Source: Acidihalobacter ferrooxydans (GTDB taxonomy: Bacteria; Pseudomonadota; Gammaproteobacteria; DSM-5130; Acidihalobacteraceae). From it: 32,000 nucleotides of DNA. Under the pieces are notes generated by a model that was not told the origin of the DNA, ran no database searches, and saw only the letters and a list, made by a program, of their open reading frames with translations. The stretch spans positions 2,775,322 to 2,807,321 of the forward strand of contig NZ_CP019434.1 of the NCBI RefSeq assembly GCF_001975725.1, in the 5' to 3' direction. This document shows positions 1 through 7,397 of the stretch, one piece after another (the stretch's first letter is position 1; each line of letters opens with the position of its first letter). Position numbers and translations under genes: made by a program.

Positions 1-125
1 AAATCAGCGCGTTAAACCGCAGTGTTGCGCTTCAAAATTGAAACCGCCCATTATTACGCAGCCATTTGATGGTGATTTTTGTTGGGAAGCCCCTAAACAC
101 ATGCTTGCAAGACCAGACCACGTTT

Positions 126-183
126 CCGGAAACTCGGGCGCATTTTTCGTTCGCTACGCTCACTACAAATGCGCCGGTTACGG
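126..183 (+). repeat. attC-like imperfect hairpin, copy A
   Basis: GCGCATTT (138-145) pairs with AAATGCGC (167-174), extended by CCGGAAACTCGG against CCGGTTACGG. Central CGCTACGCT. Confidence 0.3.
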
Positions 184-239
184 CTGGCGTAGGGTGTCAT
201 CAACTCAACCCGTCCCGTGACCGTAGTGCATCAACAGCT

Positions 240-264
240 ACTCATAGTCTGTCGCCTTATAGTC
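240..264 (+). promoter_or_regulatory. Tandem C-box-like operators upstream of the HTH-nuclease fusion
   Basis: ACTCATAGTctgtcgccTTATAGTC: two ATAGTC-containing boxes, 43 nt upstream of ATG 308, resembling the tandem operators of C-protein-regulated R-M systems. Confidence 0.6.
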
Positions 265-307
265 GTCATTTGTAGACAATCTCAGCCTGATTAGTTAGGG
301 CTTGAGC

Positions 308-1330
308 ATGGTCAGAAAATCGAGCGACTCCCTCCGCGCTATATTAGCTGAGAACATCAAGACTTTTCGTAGGGAAAAGGGTTTTTCCCAAGAAGAACTA
401 GCCGAGCGATGCGGCTTGCACCGCACGTACATAGGCTCAGTTGAACGACACGAAAGAAATGTCACACTCAGCACACTTGAGGTTTTGGCCTCAACTTTGG
501 GCGTGATAGTTCCCGAGTTGCTTACCGAGCGCGAAAGCCCATCGAATAACGAAAAAATGGGAAAACCTGTAGTGAGCATCTCGGAAAAGGAAATTAGCGA
601 AATTGTTGAGCCGCTACGTCGCCTTACTCCGGCTCAACAGGCTTGGGTCAAGTCCGCTATTCGTGCGTTCGGGACGGCTTGCCAATTCAACCGTGCCCCT
701 GACTCCGATGTGGTAACGGATGCTGTCCTTGCATCCCTTGGTGATCGCTTATTGAGCCACCACGCTGGGAGCCGTCAGGCACTGAGCAAGGATCGTTTTG
801 AGTTTGCGTTTGAGGCTGCCCTAAACGCCTCTGGCATTACGGCCAAGCTTGTGAAAAGCCGGACGAACCGGGGTCACGACATTACCATTCGTGGAATTCC
901 GGTCAGCCTCAAAACAGAAGCCGCGGCCAATATCAAGGACGAATCGATCCACGTCAGCAAGTGGATGGAGCTTGGCCGGGGTGAATGGAAGTTGCCTCTG
1001 CTGCGGGATTTGTTCCTTGAGCACATGCAAAGCTACGACCGCATTTTTACACTCCGACGCTTGAAAGATGCCGGCGCCAAAACACGCTACGAGCTCGTCG
1101 AGATCCCCAAAGAGCTGCTGCTCGAAGCGGCGAATTGCGAACTGGAGGTTTGTTCCAGCAGCAAACAGAATCCGCAGCCCGGCTACGGCTACGTCAAGGA
1201 TGCAGATGGACAACTCAAGTACTCGCTGTACTTCGATGGGGGTACAGAGCGCAAACTCCAGATCAAACACCTGCGAAAAGACCTCTGCAAGGTCCATGCA
1301 ACTTGGATCTTTGGCTCAACGCCCGCGTAA
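308..1330 (+). CDS. Putative type II restriction endonuclease with N-terminal XRE/C-protein-like helix-turn-helix (C-R fusion)
   Basis: N-terminus NIKTFRREKGFSQEELAERCGLHRTYIGSVERHERNVTLSTLEVLASTLGV matches the XRE/C-protein HTH pattern. The remaining ~260 aa is a separate domain, and the gene converges on a DNA methyltransferase. ATG at 308 is preferred over TTG at 302. Nuclease assignment is by context, not by a recognised catalytic motif. Confidence 0.72.
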   Translation: MVRKSSDSLRAILAENIKTFRREKGFSQEELAERCGLHRTYIGSVERHERNVTLSTLEVLASTLGVIVPELLTERESPSNNEKMGKPVVSISEKEISEIVEPLRRLTPAQQAWVKSAIRAFGTACQFNRAPDSDVVTDAVLASLGDRLLSHHAGSRQALSKDRFEFAFEAALNASGITAKLVKSRTNRGHDITIRGIPVSLKTEAAANIKDESIHVSKWMELGRGEWKLPLLRDLFLEHMQSYDRIFTLRRLKDAGAKTRYELVEIPKELLLEAANCELEVCSSSKQNPQPGYGYVKDADGQLKYSLYFDGGTERKLQIKHLRKDLCKVHATWIFGSTPA

Positions 1331-2209
1331 CAACCGCTCACGCGCTAGTTCGGCATACTCCGCGCTTAGCTCGATCCCGACGCAATCCCTGCCCAACTCA
1401 TTGCAGACAACGCCGGTAGTTCCTGACCCGAAAAACGGGTCGAGGACACGGCCATTCTTGCTTGAACCTGCTTCTACGCACATGCGAACAAGAGCCTTGG
1501 GATAGACGGCAAAGTGACTGCCAGGGTATGGCTCTGTATTGATGTTCCATACCGTGCGCCGGTTTTTCGACTTCTGCCTCGGGTTTGTCGCTGGCTCCAT
1601 GATTGCCTGCCAGTCGTAGTAATACTTCTCTGACTTGGAGAACAAGAAAACGTATTCATGAGCGCGAGTCGGACGATCTTTCACGCTCTCCGGCTGACAG
1701 TTGGGCTTGTTCCAAATGATATCCGTTCGCAGGTACCAACCATCCGCTTGTAGGGCAAAAGCCAGCCTCCATGGAACTCCAATCAAATCCTTGGGCTTCA
1801 GTCCTTCGGGCGTAGGAGCCCGGTAGTCCATCGCGCGGCCTTTATTCTTTGCGTCCGCATCGCGCCAAGTCCGGCCGCCCGATGTGTAGCTGTCACCGAT
1901 GTTCAGCCAAAGTGTGCCTTCGTCAGATAGTGTGCGCCGCACCTCACGAAACAAGCGCACTAGATCAGCAATATAATCATCGACAGTGGGTTCTGCACCG
2001 ATCTGACCTTGGACTCCGTAATCCCGTAGTCCCCAATATGGGGGGGAAGTTACAATGCAGTCGAAATGCCCATCAGGCATCCGCGACAGAAGCTGGCGAG
2101 CATCGCCTACGAGCAATTCGCAGCGATTCGCCGTTCCTTCAGCCAGTTGAGCGCCCAACGCTTTACCACCGGTATCAAATAGGTCGAGTATTTGTGTTGT
2201 TTCATTCAT
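1316..2209 (-). CDS. Site-specific DNA methyltransferase, beta-class, probably N4-cytosine (or N6-adenine)
   Basis: Motif IV TSPPYWGLRDYG lies N-terminal and the SAM-binding motif DPFFGSGTTGVVCNELGRDCVGIEL lies C-terminal, which is the beta-class order. The ORF track starts at 2245, but MNETTQ at 2209 is the likelier start. Confidence 0.92.
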   Translation of the reverse strand: MNETTQILDLFDTGGKALGAQLAEGTANRCELLVGDARQLLSRMPDGHFDCIVTSPPYWGLRDYGVQGQIGAEPTVDDYIADLVRLFREVRRTLSDEGTLWLNIGDSYTSGGRTWRDADAKNKGRAMDYRAPTPEGLKPKDLIGVPWRLAFALQADGWYLRTDIIWNKPNCQPESVKDRPTRAHEYVFLFSKSEKYYYDWQAIMEPATNPRQKSKNRRTVWNINTEPYPGSHFAVYPKALVRMCVEAGSSKNGRVLDPFFGSGTTGVVCNELGRDCVGIELSAEYAELARERLLRGR

Positions 2210-2270
2210 TTTTGATGCTCCGCAGTTCGGCATTAGACATGTCACGGGTTGTGCCCACGAGGCAATTGCT

Positions 2271-2303
2271 ACTTATAGTATTCATCACCTACCCCTCTGT
2301 CAA
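2271..2303 (-). promoter_or_regulatory. Methyltransferase promoter overlapped by a single C-box-like operator
   Basis: On the minus strand: TTGACA (2303-2298), 17-nt spacer, TACTAT (2280-2275). ACTTATAGT at 2271-2279 overlaps the -10 and matches the upstream nuclease box (GCTACTTATAGT vs GCTACTCATAGT). Confidence 0.6.
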
Positions 2304-2446
2304 GGCCGGGCATTTAGCTCAGAGCATCAACCTGAACACCCGACTCAAACGTTATGTGATCACACCATAAAATTAAGTTTATTTAATTTTAAAATCCGTT
2401 TAATATTTGCCTGTGGGTCGTCCACGTCAACTTAAAGGTGAAGCAA

Positions 2447-2776
2447 ATGGATGTTTTTGGAAGCAAAACGCAGAAGCTACTAGCAGACGCTCAGGGCTTA
2501 TTGCAACAGGCGCAACATGAAATGAGCAAAGACATTGAAAAGCTGAAGGCTAAGCAATCAGCGACAGATGCGAGGCTGGCAAGGTTGGAAAATCAGCAAG
2601 ACAATTCTGCACGAGAGATTGGCCGATTGCAGCAATCGCTAGACGATATTCGAGACAGTGCGATTCGGGGAGAAATAGCAAGCGGGCAGAAAACAAAAGA
2701 CGTTGCTGATAAGTTCAATCTTACGCCAGCAAGAGTGTCTCAGATAGCTCCCCGCAGAAAGTACAATAACGGATAA
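2447..2776 (+). CDS. Small coiled-coil protein with C-terminal sigma-70 region-4-like HTH
   Basis: Central heptad-like charged region. C-terminus KTKDVADKFNLTPARVSQI resembles an HTH. ATG 2447 has the upstream SD-like sequence AAAGGTGA; the ORF track uses GTG 2438. Confidence 0.5.
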   Translation: MDVFGSKTQKLLADAQGLLQQAQHEMSKDIEKLKAKQSATDARLARLENQQDNSAREIGRLQQSLDDIRDSAIRGEIASGQKTKDVADKFNLTPARVSQIAPRRKYNNG

Positions 2777-2782
2777 ATGCAT

Positions 2783-2851
2783 ATAACAATGCCATAAAAT
2801 CGGCCCCCAAAAAGCTACGCTGCGCTTTGCTTTTCAGGTCCGGTTATGGCA
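2783..2851 (+). repeat. attC-like imperfect hairpin, copy B
   Basis: TGCCATAA (2790-2797) pairs with TTATGGCA (2844-2851), extended by CGGCCC against GGTCCG. Central GCTACGCT. It immediately follows the stop of the small ORF and shares the CCGGTTAYGGC end with copy A. Confidence 0.35.
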
Positions 2852-2939
2852 AAAGAGTGATACCTAAAAATCTGACTCAGAGTAAAAATGTCATTTCAAA
2901 CACCAATTGAACAACAGGGGACAGACCACGGTTTCATGA

Positions 2940-3115
2940 CGATCTAGGAGTCTGTCGGATTTAACGCTAATCGGCTGCAAATCCCCGGATAGCGATCAAC
3001 TCCGCTTATTGAACTCGTTAAATAGACCCACTATTCGCCTCGTTCGATAAACGCATTTGATTCGCCCCCGCTGATTTTCGCGACGATCCGTCAAATCCGA
3101 CAGACTCCTAGATCG
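2940..3115. mobile_element. MITE-like non-coding element with 23-bp perfect terminal inverted repeats
   Basis: CGATCTAGGAGTCTGTCGGATTT (2940-2962) is the exact reverse complement of AAATCCGACAGACTCCTAGATCG (3093-3115). 176 bp in total, with no coding ORF inside. Confidence 0.6.
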
Positions 3116-3141
3116 ATTCAAACCTGGCACCCTACCAGGCA

Positions 3142-3726
3142 TCAGGCGAGATCGGCGACCAGCGATAGCGCCGTCGCTTCGGGTAACGGGTCGACTACCA
3201 GCGGCATAGCCTTGTGATCGATGCCGCCGGAAATTGGCGCGCCGCCCTTGGCCGCAGCCACCATCCCGGCGCTCAACTCGAAGCGCACGAAATGCACCGT
3301 GGAGGTCTTCTCTTCGGTTTCACGTTCGAGATCCTCATCGGCGATGGCATAGACCTTGTCGAAACCCTCAACCCGCATCCACACGCGATCCTCGATGCCG
3401 ATCAGCCGTTTGAGCGCTTCGTGGCGTTCGGCAGCCTCTGTATATTCGAGCATGAAGGTCGCTTTCCAGTTACTTCCGTCTGGAATCAGCGGGTTATACG
3501 CATCCAGCTCATCGACAATGCCAGCAGCCTCGAAAATACGCTCCGCCCGCAGCATTTCCTGAACCTGATACTGAATGGTCAGTCGGTCCTCGAAATACAA
3601 CACGGCATGAGGGCCCAGCGCCAGGCGTCGAGCACGCTTGTGAGCCATCACCTGCGCGCGGAACTCCGGGCGCCTGGTGGCGTATGTTTCGAGCGACATC
3701 AGGTCTGCCCGTGTCAATTTTTCCAT
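3142..3726 (-). CDS. DUF3501 family protein
   Basis: Recognisable family sequence (MEKLTRADLMSLETYATRRPEFRAQVMAHKRARRLALGPHAVLYFEDRLTIQYQVQEMLRAERIF), located next to a CCG-domain Fe-S protein. Confidence 0.82.
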   Translation of the reverse strand: MEKLTRADLMSLETYATRRPEFRAQVMAHKRARRLALGPHAVLYFEDRLTIQYQVQEMLRAERIFEAAGIVDELDAYNPLIPDGSNWKATFMLEYTEAAERHEALKRLIGIEDRVWMRVEGFDKVYAIADEDLERETEEKTSTVHFVRFELSAGMVAAAKGGAPISGGIDHKAMPLVVDPLPEATALSLVADLA

Positions 3727-3765
3727 GTTCGTGACTCCATTTTTGACTGCAATAACGCGCCGATC

Positions 3766-5115
3766 TCAGTCGAGTCCATACGCCAATCGCAACAAAGTCA
3801 ATGGATGTTCGGGCGGGCGTTCGTCCTTGAGGCCGTTTTCGATCTGATGGCCGGCCATTGGGCAATCGCTGGAGTAGTGATCGCTCTCGGCCTTTTGCAC
3901 ACGCGTGACCACCGGACGACAGATTTTCATCGACGTTTCGTGGAACTCGCTCTTTACCGCATAGGTTCCGTCATGCCCGGAGCAGCGTTCGATCACGTCT
4001 AGCGTCGTATCCGGAATCAGTTCCAGCAGTTCGCGCGTTTTCAAACCCATGTTCTGCACGCGCAGATGGCACGCCGCGTGATAGGCGATTTTGCCCAGCG
4101 AATGCTTGAATTCTGTATTGAGAAGCCCTTCTTTCTGACGCAGCATCAGGTACTCGAACGGGTCGAAAATATGCGCCTTGACCTTGGCCACATCGGGGTC
4201 GTCCGGGAACATCAACGGCAGTTCCTGCTTGAACATTAGCACGCAGGAAGGTACCGGCCCGACAATATCCCAGCCTGCGTCGATCATGCGCGCGAGCACC
4301 GGAATATTCGCCTCCTTGGCTCGCGCCACGGCTTCCAGATCGCCCAATTCCAGCTTGGGCATGCCGCAACACCGCTCCTTCTCGGCCAGCGTCATCTCGA
4401 TACCGTTATGCTCGAACACCTTGAACAGGTCCTCGATCAAATGCGGCTCGTTGTAATTGCCATAACAGGTCGCAAACACCGCCACACGCCCCTGCGTGCG
4501 CCCGGCCGACACGGCCTGAGTCACCGCGCTGTGGTGGTCGGCAACGCGCTGGCGCCCGGTTTCGCTGTGATATTGCGGCAGCAGTGCGCCGGCATGGATG
4601 CCCATGGTCTTGTCCAACTGCTCGCGAAACGCCGGATTACGGTTTGCAGCGTTCATCGCCTCGGCAACCACCGGGATACCGGCCAGCCGACCGATGGCGT
4701 CGGTGGAACTGATCAGGCGGTCACGCTTACTCGTGCGGCCCTCGCGATATTTCACCGCCTTGGCACGCAGCATCAGATGCGGAAAATCGACATTCCATTC
4801 GTGCGGCGGCGTGTATGGGCACTTGGTCATGTAACACAGATCGCACAGATAGCATTGATCGATCACCTTCCAGTAGTCGTCCTTGGCGACGCCATCCACC
4901 TCCAGCGTGGAGGATTCGTCGACCAGATCGAACAGCGTCGGAAATGCGTTACAGAGACTGACGCAGCGTCGGCACCCGTGGCAGATTTCATAAACCCGCT
5001 CCAATTCGGCGAACAGGGCTTCATGGTCGTAGAACGCCTCGGTCTCCCATGCCAAAGGATGCCGGGTCGGGGCTTCAAGATTGCCTTCTTTTTTGCTGTC
5101 GGTCGGGGCTGACAT
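3766..5115 (-). CDS. GlpC/heterodisulfide-reductase-like (Fe-S)-binding protein with CCG domains
   Basis: Ferredoxin-like motifs CHGCRRCVSLCNAFP and CYLCDLCYMTKCP, plus CCG-domain motifs ERCCGMPKLE and ERCSGHDG. Confidence 0.85.
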   Translation of the reverse strand: MSAPTDSKKEGNLEAPTRHPLAWETEAFYDHEALFAELERVYEICHGCRRCVSLCNAFPTLFDLVDESSTLEVDGVAKDDYWKVIDQCYLCDLCYMTKCPYTPPHEWNVDFPHLMLRAKAVKYREGRTSKRDRLISSTDAIGRLAGIPVVAEAMNAANRNPAFREQLDKTMGIHAGALLPQYHSETGRQRVADHHSAVTQAVSAGRTQGRVAVFATCYGNYNEPHLIEDLFKVFEHNGIEMTLAEKERCCGMPKLELGDLEAVARAKEANIPVLARMIDAGWDIVGPVPSCVLMFKQELPLMFPDDPDVAKVKAHIFDPFEYLMLRQKEGLLNTEFKHSLGKIAYHAACHLRVQNMGLKTRELLELIPDTTLDVIERCSGHDGTYAVKSEFHETSMKICRPVVTRVQKAESDHYSSDCPMAGHQIENGLKDERPPEHPLTLLRLAYGLD

Positions 5116-5208
5116 CCTGTCCCTCCTCAGTCGGGCGCGCGCATCGCGTACGTCGGCTTTATCGTTCTGCCAGAAATTCGCTACTGTAAAACAAGAATCT
5201 CGCTACGG

Positions 5209-5244
5209 TAAAAATTCAAGGAGCCGCCCACAGCGGCTCCTTGA
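5209..5244 (-). terminator. Rho-independent terminator downstream of rubrerythrin
   Basis: Perfect 12-bp stem TCAAGGAGCCGC/GCGGCTCCTTGA (5216-5227/5233-5244) with a 5-nt loop, followed on the minus strand by ATTTTTACC. Confidence 0.85.
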
Positions 5245-5251
5245 CAACGAC

Positions 5252-5671
5252 TCAGGCGACCATGCTGTCCAAAGCCTTCTGGAAGCGGTTGGCATGCGAA
5301 CGTTCGGCCTTGGCCAGCGTTTCGAACCAATCCGCGATTTCGTCAAAACCTTCCTCGCGCGCGGTCTTGGCCATGCCCGGGTACATATCGGTGTACTCAT
5401 GCGTCTCGCCAGCGATGGCGGTCTTCAGGTTGGCTTCGGTGCTGCCGAAAGGCAAACCGGTGGCCGGATCGCCACAATCTTCGAGATACTCCAGATGGCC
5501 GTGCGCATGGCCCGTTTCGCCTTCCGCAGTGGACCGAAACACGGCGGAGATATCGTTCTGGCCTTCGACATCGGCCTTGGCTGCAAAGTACAGATAACGC
5601 CGGTTGGCTTGCGACTCACCGGAAAACGCCTCCTTCAGGCTTTGCTCGGTCTTGCTACCCTTGAGTTCCAC
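5252..5671 (-). CDS. Rubrerythrin family protein (diiron domain only, no C-terminal rubredoxin)
   Basis: [27 protein letters not shown]...[15 protein letters not shown]...[21 protein letters not shown]...AERSHANRF. The ORF track start at 5686 is TTG; GTG at 5671 has GGAGG eight nt upstream. Confidence 0.9.
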   Translation of the reverse strand: MELKGSKTEQSLKEAFSGESQANRRYLYFAAKADVEGQNDISAVFRSTAEGETGHAHGHLEYLEDCGDPATGLPFGSTEANLKTAIAGETHEYTDMYPGMAKTAREEGFDEIADWFETLAKAERSHANRFQKALDSMVA

Positions 5672-5734
5672 AGTGCTATCCTCCAAGTTCTGAACAATTG
5701 ACGAGCGACCGCGATTGCGGCCACAAGCTTTAAC

Positions 5735-5749
5735 TTAGACCCAGTCTAA
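5735..5749. promoter_or_regulatory. Palindromic operator candidate upstream of rubrerythrin
   Basis: TTAGACccaGTCTAA: perfect 6-bp arms with a 3-nt centre, 63 nt upstream of the preferred GTG start. Confidence 0.4.
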
Positions 5750-6026
5750 AATTTCGTCAAGCACGCACCTTTCGACGCGCCACTCACATTTTCAACCCGG
5801 ATATTTCACAGATTTCCATTGATCTCGCGGGGCTCTTGTTACTCAAGGGATATTTCTTCAATCGGCCGTTGTCACCGATATGCTGCCCCTTCCGAGATTC
5901 CTTGTGAAATCACTATCCGGCGCGATAGCGACACAAAGCCATGAAACATCCGGGTTGGAATTGCTCAAGATCACACTCTCAGGTAGTGTTCCCGGTTTGA
6001 TTTTGGCGCACGCCCTGATTACCTCA

Positions 6027-6275
6027 ATGAGCCCAAAGAAACTCAACTTCGAAACAGCTCTGGCTGAACTGGAAGCCCTGGTCGAGCGCATGGAGCACGG
6101 CGATCAGCCACTGGAAGTATCGCTCAAGGAATTCGAACAGGGCATCCGCCTGGTTCGTGACTGTCAGCGGGCGCTTGAGACTGCCGAACAAAAAATCCGG
6201 TTATTGACGGACGACGGCGAACAACCGCTCGAAGCCCAACCATCCGACGAAGACGAGACCGTACATCGTGAGTGA
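6027..6275 (+). CDS. xseB: Exodeoxyribonuclease VII small subunit
   Basis: MSPKKLNFETALAELEALVERMEHGDQPLEVSLKEFEQGIRLVRDCQRALETAEQKI is characteristic, and it sits immediately upstream of ispA. Confidence 0.93.
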   Translation: MSPKKLNFETALAELEALVERMEHGDQPLEVSLKEFEQGIRLVRDCQRALETAEQKIRLLTDDGEQPLEAQPSDEDETVHRE

Positions 6276-7164
6276 CGTGTTACAACTGGCCGAACACTGG
6301 CGCGAGCGCGTCGAAAAAACCCTCGAACGCTGGCTACCCGATTCCGACACTCAACCCAGGCAACTGCACGCCGCGATGCGCTACGCGACCCTGGGTGGCG
6401 GCAAACGCATCCGGCCGTTGCTGGTGTACGCCACCGGGCGCGCGCTCGGCCTGGACGAAACCTGCCTCGATGCCCCGGCGGCAGCCGTCGAAATCATTCA
6501 TGCCTACTCGCTCATCCACGACGATCTGCCGGCCATGGACGACGACGACCTCCGCCGGGGCCGGCCGTCCTGCCACAAGGCATTCGACGAAGCCACCGCA
6601 ATTCTGGCCGGCGACGCCATGCAGGCACTGGCATTTCACATTCTCGCCAACGACACGGCGCCGAACATCTCGCCGGCCACCCGGCTGGCCATGATCGACA
6701 CGCTGGCCATCGCATCCGGCTCCCGTGGCATGGCCGGTGGCCAGGCCATCGATCTCGAAGCGGTGGGCCGTGAACTCTCGCTGGCCGAGCTTGAGAACAT
6801 GCATATCCACAAAACCGGCGCACTGATTCGTGCCAGCGTGCGCATAGCCGCCCTGTCAGCGGAGCAGACCGACGACGCCGCACGTGAGCGCCTGAACCAC
6901 TACGCCGCCTGTATCGGCCTCGCTTTCCAGATTCGTGACGACATTCTCGATATCGAAGGCGACACCGAGGTGATCGGGAAGACCCAGGGCGCGGACCTCG
7001 CGCGCAACAAACCAACCTTCCCCGGATTACTCGGCATGGACGCAGCCAAAACGCATGCGCATTCGCTGCACGAAGAAGCGCTGCGCGCACTGGACACGTT
7101 TGCCGACGACCGCACGGACGCCTTGCGCTGGATCGCCGACTTCATCGTCAACCGTATACACTAG
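6268..7164 (+). CDS. ispA: (2E,6E)-farnesyl diphosphate synthase
   Basis: GGKRIRPLL, the aspartate-rich DDLPAMDDDDLRRG, and the second motif FQIRDDILDIEGD. GTG start overlapping xseB. Confidence 0.95.
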   Translation: MSDVLQLAEHWRERVEKTLERWLPDSDTQPRQLHAAMRYATLGGGKRIRPLLVYATGRALGLDETCLDAPAAAVEIIHAYSLIHDDLPAMDDDDLRRGRPSCHKAFDEATAILAGDAMQALAFHILANDTAPNISPATRLAMIDTLAIASGSRGMAGGQAIDLEAVGRELSLAELENMHIHKTGALIRASVRIAALSAEQTDDAARERLNHYAACIGLAFQIRDDILDIEGDTEVIGKTQGADLARNKPTFPGLLGMDAAKTHAHSLHEEALRALDTFADDRTDALRWIADFIVNRIH

Positions 7165-7397
7165 GTGCCTGACGGCGCAGCGCTGTGCCTCCTGGTAAAA
7201 AATGGTCGCTGCGGCACATGCGTGCCTTATCCCGGATAGTTCGCAATCGGTGGTCGTTGTGAAATGCCCGGGTTATAAGCAGGCCAGTGGCGCGTTAAAA
7301 ATACCGTCATGAGCGACACCGTACATCGGCGCACTTGCAGTCCAGCGCTCAACGGCCAACAATCAAGCAGGACATACCCCGCGATATCGAGTGGCCA

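Noticed and set aside
38-275. Short ORFs at the left edge
   Set aside because: Overlapping small frames with no domain. Positions coincide with the attC-like hairpin and C-box region, so they are more likely non-coding.
3214-4002. 262-aa plus-strand ORF antisense to DUF3501 and the Fe-S protein genes
   Set aside because: Shadow frame; both minus-strand genes are recognisable families.
5880-6026. 49-aa N-terminal extension of xseB in the ORF track
   Set aside because: Canonical XseB starts near MSPKKLNFE at 6027. The extension has no resemblance to the family.
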